Below are positions 8,887 through 17,544 of a stretch of 64,000 nt of DNA, piece after piece (position 1 is the first letter of the stretch; each line of letters starts with the position of its first letter). Source of the DNA: Spirochaetia bacterium (GTDB lineage Bacteria; Spirochaetota; Spirochaetia; SZUA-6; Bin103); the NCBI GenBank assembly GCA_965203515.1, contig OZ241907.1, positions 3,392,001-3,456,000 of the forward strand, written 5' to 3'. The notes beneath the pieces were generated by a model that saw only the letters and a list, made by a program, of their open reading frames with translations, did not search any database and had not been told where the DNA came from. The position numbers were made by a program, and so were the translations under genes.

Positions 8887-9728
8887 CCTCCGGCCAGCGC
8901 GCGGCCGCGCGCGGCCGCCGCGGCGATCGTGTCGGCGATGACGGCGCGCAGGTCGGAGGACTCCAGCACGGCGCGGCCGGCCGCGGTGGTCCCGCCCGGC
9001 GAGCTGACCATGTCGATGAAGTCCGCGGTCTCATAGCCGCGCTCCTGCAGCAGCGCGGCGGTCCCCTTGGCGGTCTGCAGGGTCAGCGCGCGCGCCGTCT
9101 CCCGCGGCAGGCCGCAGGCCGCGCCGGCGTCGATGAACGCCTGCAGCAGCCGGGCCATGAACGCCGGCCCGGATCCCGACAGGGCGGTGACGGCGTCCAG
9201 GTCTCCCTCATCGACCTCCAGCGCCACCCCCAGCGCGCGCAACAGGCCGCCGACCGCGCGGGCATCCTCGCCGGTGGCGGTCGGGCCGCAGGCGAAGCCG
9301 GCGGCCATCTCGCCGACCACGCACGGCAGGTTGGGCATCACGCGGATCAGCCGCGCCGCCGGCAGCCGGCCGGCCAGGCGCGCCAGGGTGACGCCGGCGG
9401 CGATCGACACGACCAGCCGGCCGGCCAGGTCGACGCCGGCGGCAGCCAGCTCGGCGGCGACCGTCTCCACGTCCTGCGGCTTCACCGCCAGGAACACGAT
9501 CTTGGCCTGCGCGGCCACGGCGCCGTTGTCCGCGGCGGCCGTCGCGCCGACCGCGGCGCAGAACCGGTCCAGCCGCTCGCGCACCGGATCGTGAGCCGTG
9601 ATCGCGCCGGCCAGACCGGCGTCGCGGATGCCGCGCGCCAATCCCAGCGCCATGGTGCCGGCGCCGATGAAGCCGAGGTGAGGCCGGCGCAGGCCGGAAC
9701 GTGGGGTGGTCATCGAGTTCGCGTCCAT
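8883..9728 (-). CDS. proC: Pyrroline-5-carboxylate reductase
   Basis: GFIGAGTMA, LAVKPQ, SIAAGV, RVMPN, ALSGSGPA, SPGGTT. Confidence 0.95.
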   Translation of the reverse strand: MDANSMTTPRSGLRRPHLGFIGAGTMALGLARGIRDAGLAGAITAHDPVRERLDRFCAAVGATAAADNGAVAAQAKIVFLAVKPQDVETVAAELAAAGVDLAGRLVVSIAAGVTLARLAGRLPAARLIRVMPNLPCVVGEMAAGFACGPTATGEDARAVGGLLRALGVALEVDEGDLDAVTALSGSGPAFMARLLQAFIDAGAACGLPRETARALTLQTAKGTAALLQERGYETADFIDMVSSPGGTTAAGRAVLESSDLRAVIADTIAAAAARGRALAGG

Positions 9729-9741
9729 CCGGGTGAGCGAC

Positions 9742-11082
9742 TCAGGTCGCCTGACGTGGATCGATCATGAGGACGCGCGAGCCGCGCTGACGATCATAGA
9801 GGCTGCGCCGGGCGGCCGGCAACGCGGTCGGCTCGGCGTCCCGGAAGCCGAGTTCCCGGAAGAAGTCGATAGCCTGCGTGGTGAGCACGAAGATTCTGCG
9901 CGCGCCGCGGTCGCTCGCCCGGCGCAGCAGCAGCTCCACCAGGCGGCGGCCGACGTTGGCGGCGCGGTGCGGCGGGTTGACCGCCAGGCCGACGATCTCC
10001 GCGTCGCCGCCGCCCAGGTGGTCGAGCCCGCTGCACCCCTGGATGGTGTCGTCGACGCGGTAGACCACCCAATCGTCGATCGCCGCGCCGATCCGCTCCG
10101 GCGAGCGCGGCACCAGCAGGCCGCCAGTGACCAGCGGTTGCAGCAGGCTCATGATGGCCGGCACGTCCTCCGGGGCGGCGGCGCCGAAGTCTGAGAAGCG
10201 GTTGGCGTACACCATCGTGCCGGACCCGCCCACGGAGAAGACCTCCTCCAGGAGCAGCCCGTCGCGCGTGCCGTCGATCACGTGCACGCGCTCCACGCCG
10301 GCGCGGCAGGCGGCGATCGCCAGGCGGAGCATCGCCCGCGCGTGCGCGTCCAGACCGGAATCCTCGGCGGCGGCCAGCGCGGCCGCTTCATCCGCGGTCA
10401 TGGTCGAGTAGGCGCCGGACGCGCGTAGTGGGGCGCCCGCCGGCCGCCGGGGCCGATCGGCATCGGAACGATCGGGCGCCCGAATGCCGGGCGCCGCCGC
10501 GGCCACGAACAGCTTGGCGGCCTGCAGGCCGGCGGCGACGGCCACCGCAAGGTCGTCGCTTGCCAGATTGTAGGCGGTGCCGACCCCGTTCCAGCCGATG
10601 GTGGTGATGATCGGCACCACCTCGCGGTCGATCAGCGCGCGGATGAGGGCGGCGTCGACCCGCTCGACGCGGCCCGAGCGGTCGTAATCGACGCCGTCGA
10701 CCACGCCGAGGGAGCGGGCGCGGACCCAGTTGCCGGAGGCGGCGTGACCGCCGCATTCCGAGAACAGCGCCATGAGCCGCGTGCTGAGCGCCGACACCGC
10801 GTGGATGACGTGTTCCATCATCGGCTCGGTGGTGACGCGCCGGCCGCGGTGGTACCGGGAGGACAGCGCCGCGCGTTGCAGCGCTCGATCGATCGCGGCG
10901 CGCGCGCCGGCGACCACCACCGCGCGGATGCCCATGCGCTGCAGCAGCACGATGTCGTGCACCAGCACCGCCGCCAGCGGCGAATCGAGCACGCGGTCGT
11001 CGATCTTGATCACGAACAGGCGGCCGCGGAACCGCGCCAGATAGCTGAGCGCGTCGCGGATCGCGCCGACCGGAGCGGTCAT
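9742..11082 (-). CDS. argA: Amino-acid N-acetyltransferase (N-acetylglutamate synthase; kinase-like domain plus GNAT)
   Basis: YLARFRGRLFVI, GVVDGVDY, RVHVIDG..DGLLLEEVF...GSGTMV, C-terminal GNAT domain ending YDRQRGSRV. Confidence 0.92.
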   Translation of the reverse strand: MTAPVGAIRDALSYLARFRGRLFVIKIDDRVLDSPLAAVLVHDIVLLQRMGIRAVVVAGARAAIDRALQRAALSSRYHRGRRVTTEPMMEHVIHAVSALSTRLMALFSECGGHAASGNWVRARSLGVVDGVDYDRSGRVERVDAALIRALIDREVVPIITTIGWNGVGTAYNLASDDLAVAVAAGLQAAKLFVAAAAPGIRAPDRSDADRPRRPAGAPLRASGAYSTMTADEAAALAAAEDSGLDAHARAMLRLAIAACRAGVERVHVIDGTRDGLLLEEVFSVGGSGTMVYANRFSDFGAAAPEDVPAIMSLLQPLVTGGLLVPRSPERIGAAIDDWVVYRVDDTIQGCSGLDHLGGGDAEIVGLAVNPPHRAANVGRRLVELLLRRASDRGARRIFVLTTQAIDFFRELGFRDAEPTALPAARRSLYDRQRGSRVLMIDPRQAT

Positions 11083-11133
11083 GCGGCCGGCGTCCCCGGC
11101 CGCCGGCCGCCGGCGCGCCGCGGCGCAATCGCG

Positions 11134-11163
11134 TTGACACGGCATCGCTGCATCGTGTACTTA
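11134..11163 (+). promoter_or_regulatory. Putative sigma70 promoter of the first OMP gene
   Basis: TTGACA at 11134, 18 nt spacer, TACTTA; TTGACA lies 39 nt before the ATG, exactly as for the paralog. Confidence 0.5.
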
Positions 11164-11172
11164 ACCCGCGCC

Positions 11173-11862
11173 ATGATAACCGACCGCAGCTTACGGTTCG
11201 CGCTCTGCGCCGCGCTCCTGCTGGCGCCGCTCGCCGCCCTCGCTCAGCAGCCGGGCGGCGGCACGCCGAATGACGACGGGTTCTTCGTCACCGGCAGCTA
11301 CGGCGCGTCGTTGCCGGCCGACCGGGAGATCATCGGCCCGGACAGCGCCTACACCCTCGGCGTGAAGTCCAACGTCGGCTGGCTGGGGGGCCGGTTCAGC
11401 CTGGGCTACGCCATATTCGGGTTTCGGCCCGAGGTTTCCGTCGGGTACCACACCGCGTCGGTGGCGTCCGCCACGTTCAAGCCCGGCGTCGACGGCAAGG
11501 CGTTCGCTCTGTCCGGCGTGGAGGGCGCCCTGGGCTCCATGGACTTTGCGGCAGGCGTGTACTACGGCCTCGATACCGGCCTGGGGATCACGCCATACCT
11601 CGGCGGCGGCGGCGGCATTTCGCTGGTGACGCTCAAGGCGCATGGCCACGGCGCGCCGGCAGTCGAGGATATCGATGACTCGGCGTGGGCGTTCTCCTTC
11701 CAGGGGGCCGCCGGCATCGGCGTCGCGGTCACGAAGCGGATGAGCGTCACCCTGGGCTATCGTCTGACCGGCACGCTCGAAGCGCAGACCCGGGAGCAGA
11801 GCACCCTGGCGCTGGCGCTGATCCACAGCGCCGAGTTGGGCTTCCGCTATCGCATCCGCTGA
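11173..11862 (+). CDS. Small outer-membrane beta-barrel protein (OmpA/Opa-like 8-stranded barrel)
   Basis: Signal peptide, amphipathic strands, YYGL..ITPYLGGGGG, AFSFQGAAGIG, C-terminal AELGFRYR. Confidence 0.85.
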   Translation: MITDRSLRFALCAALLLAPLAALAQQPGGGTPNDDGFFVTGSYGASLPADREIIGPDSAYTLGVKSNVGWLGGRFSLGYAIFGFRPEVSVGYHTASVASATFKPGVDGKAFALSGVEGALGSMDFAAGVYYGLDTGLGITPYLGGGGGISLVTLKAHGHGAPAVEDIDDSAWAFSFQGAAGIGVAVTKRMSVTLGYRLTGTLEAQTREQSTLALALIHSAELGFRYRIR

Positions 11863-11906
11863 GGGCGCCGGCGCCGGGAATTCCGCGCATGGGCTGAACG
11901 TGTGAC

Positions 11907-11936
11907 TTGACACGCCGTCGCCATCGTCGATATTCT
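11907..11936 (+). promoter_or_regulatory. Putative sigma70 promoter of the second OMP gene
   Basis: TTGACA (11907), 18 nt spacer, TATTCT (11931), 9 nt before the ATG; no SD. Confidence 0.65.
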
Positions 11937-11945
11937 CTCCCCACC

Positions 11946-12554
11946 ATGAAAACCAACCGCAGCCTCCGTTTCGCGCTCTGCGCCGGTCTCCTGCTGTCTC
12001 CGCTTGCCGCCCTTTCCGCCCAGGACATGGGAATGGGCATGGGGGACGACGGGTTCTACGTCAGCGTCAACTACGGCGCGACGTTTCCCGCTCAACTGGA
12101 CTTCGATGGTGCCAAGATAGACACCGACTTCGGTTTCCTGGGGGGTCGGCTCGGCGTCGGTTACGCCATCTTCGGGTTCCGCCCGGAGCTCTCGGGCGGG
12201 TACCGCTTGGCCAACATCAAGGGCAACATGACCAACCACAACGTGACGTCGATCGACGTGATCGGCAGCGTCTACTACGACGTCGCCACCGGCACGCCGC
12301 TCACCCCCTACGTCGGCGTCGGCGGCGGCATGTCCATGATCACGATCCGGCAAGGTCAAACGACCAACGCGCCGTCGGCCTGGGCGTTCGCGTTCCAGGG
12401 GGCTGCGGGGGTCGGGTACTCCATCACGGACAGTCTGATCGCGACGCTGGGGTACCGGTTGACCGGTACGACCGAGACCAAGTTCAAGGACGGTGAGATT
12501 CTGAAGCTGGCGCTCGGCCACACCGGCGAGCTCGGCCTCCGCTTCCGCTTCTAA
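11946..12554 (+). CDS. Small outer-membrane beta-barrel protein, paralog of the previous gene
   Basis: Signal peptide MKTNRSLRFALCAGLLLSPLAAL, YYDV..LTPYVGVGGG, AFAFQGAAGVG, C-terminal GLRFRF (terminal Phe, Bam signal). Confidence 0.9.
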   Translation: MKTNRSLRFALCAGLLLSPLAALSAQDMGMGMGDDGFYVSVNYGATFPAQLDFDGAKIDTDFGFLGGRLGVGYAIFGFRPELSGGYRLANIKGNMTNHNVTSIDVIGSVYYDVATGTPLTPYVGVGGGMSMITIRQGQTTNAPSAWAFAFQGAAGVGYSITDSLIATLGYRLTGTTETKFKDGEILKLALGHTGELGLRFRF

Positions 12555-12617
12555 GCGGCCGGGTTTGGCGTCCGGCCGAGCCGCCTGAGAGGCAAGGCAG
12601 CCTGAGAGCCGGACGCC

Positions 12618-13766
12618 GTGGCCGCCGCTCGTTGCTGCGTTCCCGGCCGCGGTCGACCGGCCGGTGCTCCGCTGCCGCGGCGGCGGACCCGCGCCGGGCC
12701 CCTGCCGGGGGCGGCGATCGGACCGAAAGCCGCCCGACGGCTGCTGGCGCGCGCCGACCGGCGCGAACGGCGGCGTTGCGAGTCGTTGGCGGCGCGCGTC
12801 CCGATCGCCGGCGGTCCCTTCTTGATGGGGACCGACGACCCCGACGGCTTTCCCGCCGACGGCGAGGGACCGGTGCGCGAGGTGACGGTCTCCCCGTTCG
12901 CCTGCGACGCCTTCTGCGTAACCGGCTACCGCTTTGCGAGGTTCGTCGCGGCCACCGGTTACGTCACGGAGGCGGAGCTGTTCGGCTGGTCGTTCGTGTT
13001 CCACGCGCACGTGCCGGAGGCGGTCGCCGCTGACTACGAGGTGCGCGCGGTGCCGGGCGTGGCGTGGTGGCGGGGGGTGCCGGGCGCCTGCTGGGCGCAG
13101 CCGGAGGGACCGGGCACCACGCTGGCCGGCCGGCTGGACGAGCCGGCCGTGCACGTGTCGTGGAACGACGCGGTCGCCCTGGCGCGGTTCGAGGGCGGGC
13201 GATTGCCCACCGAGGCGGAGTGGGAGCTGGCCGCCCGCGGCGGGCTGGAACAGGCGGTCTACTGCTGGGGCGACGAGCTGACCCCGGGCGGCGAGCACCG
13301 CTGCAACGTCTGGCAAGGCGCGTTTCCCGAGCGGGACGCCGCCGAGGACGGCTACGCCGGCCGAGCGCCGGTCGACGCCTTCCCGGCCAACCGATTCGGC
13401 CTGCGCAACGCCGCCGGCAACGTCTGGGAGTGGTGCGCGGACTGGTTCTCCCCCGATCACGGCCCGGATCGGGTCGATCCGCGCGGGCCGGCGCGCGGTC
13501 GCGGCAAGGTGATGAAGGGCGGCTCCTTCCTGTGCCACCACTCCTACTGCAACCGCTACCGGGTCGGCGCGCGCACCGCCAACACCCCGGACAGCTCCAC
13601 CGCCAACTGCGGCGTACGCCTGGTATTCCCGCTTCCCGCGGATTCCCCGGAGACGGAGTATCTGCTGGCGGAAGAAGCGAATGCGCGACATCTGCGCGAC
13701 TCGCTGCGCGCCGCCCGCGCCGGCGAAGCCGAACCGCGCGCGCTCAGCGACGACCGCCGGCGGTGA
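12618..13766 (+). CDS. Formylglycine-generating enzyme (SUMF1/FGE) with a YefM-like C-terminal extension
   Basis: FLMGTDD, RLPTEAEWE.AARGG, NAAGNVWEWC, catalytic KGGSFLCHHSYCNRYRVGAR, N.G.R. Confidence 0.92.
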   Translation: MAAARCCVPGRGRPAGAPLPRRRTRAGPLPGAAIGPKAARRLLARADRRERRRCESLAARVPIAGGPFLMGTDDPDGFPADGEGPVREVTVSPFACDAFCVTGYRFARFVAATGYVTEAELFGWSFVFHAHVPEAVAADYEVRAVPGVAWWRGVPGACWAQPEGPGTTLAGRLDEPAVHVSWNDAVALARFEGGRLPTEAEWELAARGGLEQAVYCWGDELTPGGEHRCNVWQGAFPERDAAEDGYAGRAPVDAFPANRFGLRNAAGNVWEWCADWFSPDHGPDRVDPRGPARGRGKVMKGGSFLCHHSYCNRYRVGARTANTPDSSTANCGVRLVFPLPADSPETEYLLAEEANARHLRDSLRAARAGEAEPRALSDDRRR

Positions 13767-15039
13767 GGGCGGCGAAGCGGTCGAAGAAGTCGGGGAAGGT
13801 CTTGGCCGTGCAGCCGGGGTCCAGGATGGTGAGGCCCGGCACGCGCAGGCCGGTCACCGCGAATGCCATCGCCATGCGGTGGTCCTGGTAGGTGCGCACC
13901 GGCGCCGGCGCGAGCCGCGACGGCTCGATGCGGAGGCCGTCCGGGCGCTCCTCCACCGAGGCGCCCAGTCTCCGCAGTTCGGCGACCAGCGCCTCGATGC
14001 GGTCGGTCTCCTGCAGGCGGATGTGCGCGACGTTGCGGATCGTCACCGGCGCGTCCGCGAACGGCGCGATCGCTGCGATCGTGGGCGTGAGGTCGGACAC
14101 CGCGTTGAGGTCGAGGTCCACGCCGCGCAGCCGCTCGGGACCGGTCACGGTGATGCCGTCCGCGTCCTCCCGCACCGCGCAGCCCATGCGCTGCAGGATC
14201 GCGGCGCAGGCGACGTCGCCCTGCGGGGAGTCGAAGGCCAGCCCGCGCACGCGCACGCTGCCGCCGGTCAGCGCGGCGGCCGCCAGGAAGTAGGAGGCGT
14301 TGGTCGCGTCCGGCTCGACGTCATAGGTGCGGCCGCGGTAGCCGGCGGCGGCGATCTCGAAGACGCCGGGCCGCGGCCGACCCACGTCGACGCCGAAGTC
14401 GCGCATCACCCGCACGGACAGGTCGATGAACGGCTCCGACGGCACCGCGCCCCGCACCACGATCGTGGTGGCGCCGTCGGCCGCCGGCGCGCACAGCAGC
14501 AGCGCCGATACCGGCTGGCTGCTGTGCGCGGCGCTCATCTCGATACGCCCGGCGGGCAGGCCCGCCGCGCGCAGCTCGAACGGCAGATGGTCGGGCGCGC
14601 CCGCGAAGCGAAAGCGAGCGCCGGCGGCGGCCAGCACCGCCGGCAGTTCGCCCATGGGACGCTCGCGCATGCGCGGCGCGCCGTCGAAGCGGTAGACGCC
14701 GTGTCCGGCCGCCGCCACCGCGGTCAGGAAGCGGGCCGAAGTCCCCGAGTAGCGCACGTCCAGCTCCGCCGCCGCCGCCGGTATGCGGCCGCCGGCGCCG
14801 TCGACGGCGATGCGCGCCGCCGCGGCATCGGGCTCGATGCCGATGCCGAGCCGCGCGAGCCCGTCCATGCACGCCTCGGTGTCGTCGCTGAACAGCGCGC
14901 CGCGGAGCGTCGACCGGCCGGCCGCCAGCGCCGCCGCCACCAGCGCGCGGTTGGTAAGGCTCTTCGAGCCCGGCACCGTCACCGTGCCGCGCACCGGGCC
15001 GGCGGCCGGCGCTACCCTGTATGCCTCGCGCGCGTCCAT
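13744..15039 (-). CDS. aroA: 3-phosphoshikimate 1-carboxyvinyltransferase
   Basis: PGSKSLTNR, SGTSARF, RMRERP, SSQ, RLQETDRI, DHRMAM, KTFPDF. Confidence 0.96.
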   Translation of the reverse strand: MDAREAYRVAPAAGPVRGTVTVPGSKSLTNRALVAAALAAGRSTLRGALFSDDTEACMDGLARLGIGIEPDAAAARIAVDGAGGRIPAAAAELDVRYSGTSARFLTAVAAAGHGVYRFDGAPRMRERPMGELPAVLAAAGARFRFAGAPDHLPFELRAAGLPAGRIEMSAAHSSQPVSALLLCAPAADGATTIVVRGAVPSEPFIDLSVRVMRDFGVDVGRPRPGVFEIAAAGYRGRTYDVEPDATNASYFLAAAALTGGSVRVRGLAFDSPQGDVACAAILQRMGCAVREDADGITVTGPERLRGVDLDLNAVSDLTPTIAAIAPFADAPVTIRNVAHIRLQETDRIEALVAELRRLGASVEERPDGLRIEPSRLAPAPVRTYQDHRMAMAFAVTGLRVPGLTILDPGCTAKTFPDFFDRFAALTAGGRR

Positions 15040-15116
15040 GCCGTCCAGCCTACCCCGGCCGGGCGCCGGGCGGGGAGCGCTTGGCGGTCCGAGCCGCGGG
15101 ACTTAGGATTGGTCGC

Positions 15117-15494
15117 ATGAAACGTGAAGCGATCACCCCGCAGGAGGGACCTCCGGCCGGCGGTCCCTACTCGCCCATCATCCGCTACGGAGACGTGGCC
15201 TTCATCTCCGGACAGGTCGCGCTCGACCCCGCCACCGGACAGGCGGTGCGCGATTCGTTCGAGGCGGAGGCCCATCAGGTGCTGCGCAACCTTCGCACGC
15301 AGGTGGAGGCCGCCGGCTCCGGCATGGACAAGGTGCTCAAGACCACCGTGTTCCTGGCGGACATGGACAACTTCGCACGGCTGAACGAGATCTACGTACA
15401 GTACTTCCGGGAGCCGCGGCCGGCGCGCAGCACCATCCAGGCCGCTCCTCCCGGCGGTTACCGGGTCGAGATCGAGGCGATCGTCGGCTGCTGA
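15117..15494 (+). CDS. ridA: RidA/Rid family enamine-imine deaminase
   Basis: GPYSP, FISGQ, KTTVFLADM, NEIY, PARST, VEIEAI. Confidence 0.88.
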   Translation: MKREAITPQEGPPAGGPYSPIIRYGDVAFISGQVALDPATGQAVRDSFEAEAHQVLRNLRTQVEAAGSGMDKVLKTTVFLADMDNFARLNEIYVQYFREPRPARSTIQAAPPGGYRVEIEAIVGC

Positions 15495-15513
15495 TCCGGT
15501 CGGCTGTTGACCC

Positions 15514-15723
15514 GTGCACGGCTTGCTCGTGGCTGCCGGCCTGCTGTTGCTGAGCGCCGCGTCCTTCACGCTCGCGCTGCCGATCCTGGACTTCACCGGC
15601 ACGCTCCGACGGCTGTTCGCCGGCTATCCGGCCACGCCGGAGACCGCGGCGCGTCTGGCGATCGCCGGGGCGGTCTGTCTGCTGCTCGGCTGGCTGTGGT
15701 ACCGCCGGCGGGACGGCGCCTGA
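15514..15723 (+). CDS. Small two-TM hypothetical membrane protein
   Basis: Two hydrophobic segments and a basic tail (WYRRR); overlaps the 3' end of the pyrG ORF on the opposite strand. Confidence 0.5.
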   Translation: MHGLLVAAGLLLLSAASFTLALPILDFTGTLRRLFAGYPATPETAARLAIAGAVCLLLGWLWYRRRDGA

Positions 15724-17531
15724 GGGGCGCTGCCGCTCGCCGGCGGCCTGGTCGAGCGGCGCCGGCCGGCCAGGCTGGCGTCGATCAGGCCCGCGAACAC
15801 CGGGCTGGGAGCGCCGGGTCGGCTCAGGAACTCCGGGTGGTACTGGACGCCGAAGTAGAACGGGTGGCCGGGCAGTTCCGCCACCTGCACGATCGGTTGT
15901 CCCGGCGCCCACCCGGAGAAGACCATCCCGTGACGCTCCAACAGCGGCCGGAAGAGCGGATTGAGCTCGTAGCGGTGCCGGAAGCGCTCCTCGGCGCGCT
16001 CCGACCGATACAGGCGGGCGGCGAGCGAGCCGGGCCGCAGCATAACGGTGCGCCGGCCCAGGCGCATGGAGCCGCCGATCCCCTCGATCTTGTACTGCTC
16101 CGGCAGCAGCAGGACGATCGGAGATTCGGTCCGGGGGTCTACCTCCTGGGTGTTGGCCTCCGTCAGCCCGCAGCGGTCTCGGGCGAACTCCACCATCGCC
16201 GCCTGGAAGCCGTAGCAGATGCCGAGCATCGGCATCCCGTGCGTGCGGGCGTAGGCGACGCAGGCGATCTTTCCTTCCCAGCCGCGGCGGCCGAAACCGC
16301 CCGGCACCACCAGGCCGTCCAGGTCCTGCAGGTGCTCGGCCGCCTGCCGTGCGCGCGCCGGCGGTGAGCCGGCGGCGTCGATCAGTTCCGACGACACGTC
16401 GACCGCCTCCACCCGAACGTTCCGGTCGGTGCCGGCGTGCTCCAGGGCGTTGTGGATGCTGGCGTAGGTGTCGCGCGGCCCCAGGTACTTGCCGGCGATG
16501 CCGATGCGCACGATCCGCCGCGTACGCGTGAGCGCTTCCAGATAGCGCTGCAACCCGCCGGGCGCGGGTGTGGGCGCGGGTCTCTGCGTGGCGTCGGCGC
16601 CGCTCGCGTTGCCGGCCGGCGTCCGTCCCGCCATGCCGAAGTACTCCAGGCAGATCGCGTCGACGCTCTGCTCCTGCAGGTGGCCGGGCACGCGGTAGAT
16701 GGAGCGCTGGTTGTGCAGGTCGATGACGTTCCGCACCGGCATGCGGAGCCGGTCGGCCAGCTTCTGCCGCACGCCCGGCTCGACCGCGTTCTCGGCCCGG
16801 CAGACCAGCATCTGCGGCTTGATCCCCATCTGCATGAGGAGTTGCGTGCCGTGCTGCGCGGCCTTGCTCTTCTGCTCGTTCAGATGGTGCGCCTCGATGA
16901 TCCACACCAGGTTGATGAAGAAGACGTTGCGCTCGCCCTCCTGATAGGCCAGGTCGCTCATCGCCGAGATGTACGCCCGGTTTTCCTCGTCGCCGACCGT
17001 GCCGCCGATCTCCACCAGCGTGATGTCAGCGCCGGACGCCTGCGTCGACTCGCGCACGAAGCGCACCAGCTCGCCGGTGACGTGCGGGAAGAACTGCACG
17101 TCCGACCCCGAAAACTGGCCGCTCCGCTCCAGCGCGTTGATACGCTGGCTAAGCCGACCGTTGGTGAAGTAGTTGTGCTGCGACATGCTCCGGCCCATGA
17201 ACCGCTCGTAGGTGCCGATGTCCATGTCGCACTCGGTGCCGTCGTCGAGGACGAACACCTCGCCGTGGCGGTACGGGCTCAGCGTGCCGGCGTCCTCGTT
17301 GTAATAGCCGTCCATCTTGATCAGGTTGGTGGAGAACCCGCGGTCGGCCAGCAGGCGCGCCAGGGCGGCCGAGAAGATGCCCTTGCCCAGCCCGCTCATC
17401 ACGCTGCCGGTGACGATGACGAAGCGCGCCTGACCGACCCGGTAGCCGTCCGGCAGGGCGCGGTAGCGCTCGCCGGGGTCGGAGACGTCGCTCAGGGCGC
17501 GCAGCGCGCCGGGCACCGGCCGGTCGCTCAT
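15624..17531 (-). CDS. pyrG: CTP synthase
   Basis: VTGSVMSGLGKG, HGEVFVLDDGTECDMDIG.YERF, PGGFG, catalytic GICYG, ERFRHRYE, QYHPEF. Confidence 0.96.
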   Translation of the reverse strand: MSDRPVPGALRALSDVSDPGERYRALPDGYRVGQARFVIVTGSVMSGLGKGIFSAALARLLADRGFSTNLIKMDGYYNEDAGTLSPYRHGEVFVLDDGTECDMDIGTYERFMGRSMSQHNYFTNGRLSQRINALERSGQFSGSDVQFFPHVTGELVRFVRESTQASGADITLVEIGGTVGDEENRAYISAMSDLAYQEGERNVFFINLVWIIEAHHLNEQKSKAAQHGTQLLMQMGIKPQMLVCRAENAVEPGVRQKLADRLRMPVRNVIDLHNQRSIYRVPGHLQEQSVDAICLEYFGMAGRTPAGNASGADATQRPAPTPAPGGLQRYLEALTRTRRIVRIGIAGKYLGPRDTYASIHNALEHAGTDRNVRVEAVDVSSELIDAAGSPPARARQAAEHLQDLDGLVVPGGFGRRGWEGKIACVAYARTHGMPMLGICYGFQAAMVEFARDRCGLTEANTQEVDPRTESPIVLLLPEQYKIEGIGGSMRLGRRTVMLRPGSLAARLYRSERAEERFRHRYELNPLFRPLLERHGMVFSGWAPGQPIVQVAELPGHPFYFGVQYHPEFLSRPGAPSPVFAGLIDASLAGRRRSTRPPASGSAPQAPSRRRYHSQPSSRQTAPAIARRAAVSGVAG

Positions 17532-17544
17532 GCGACGTGCTCGC

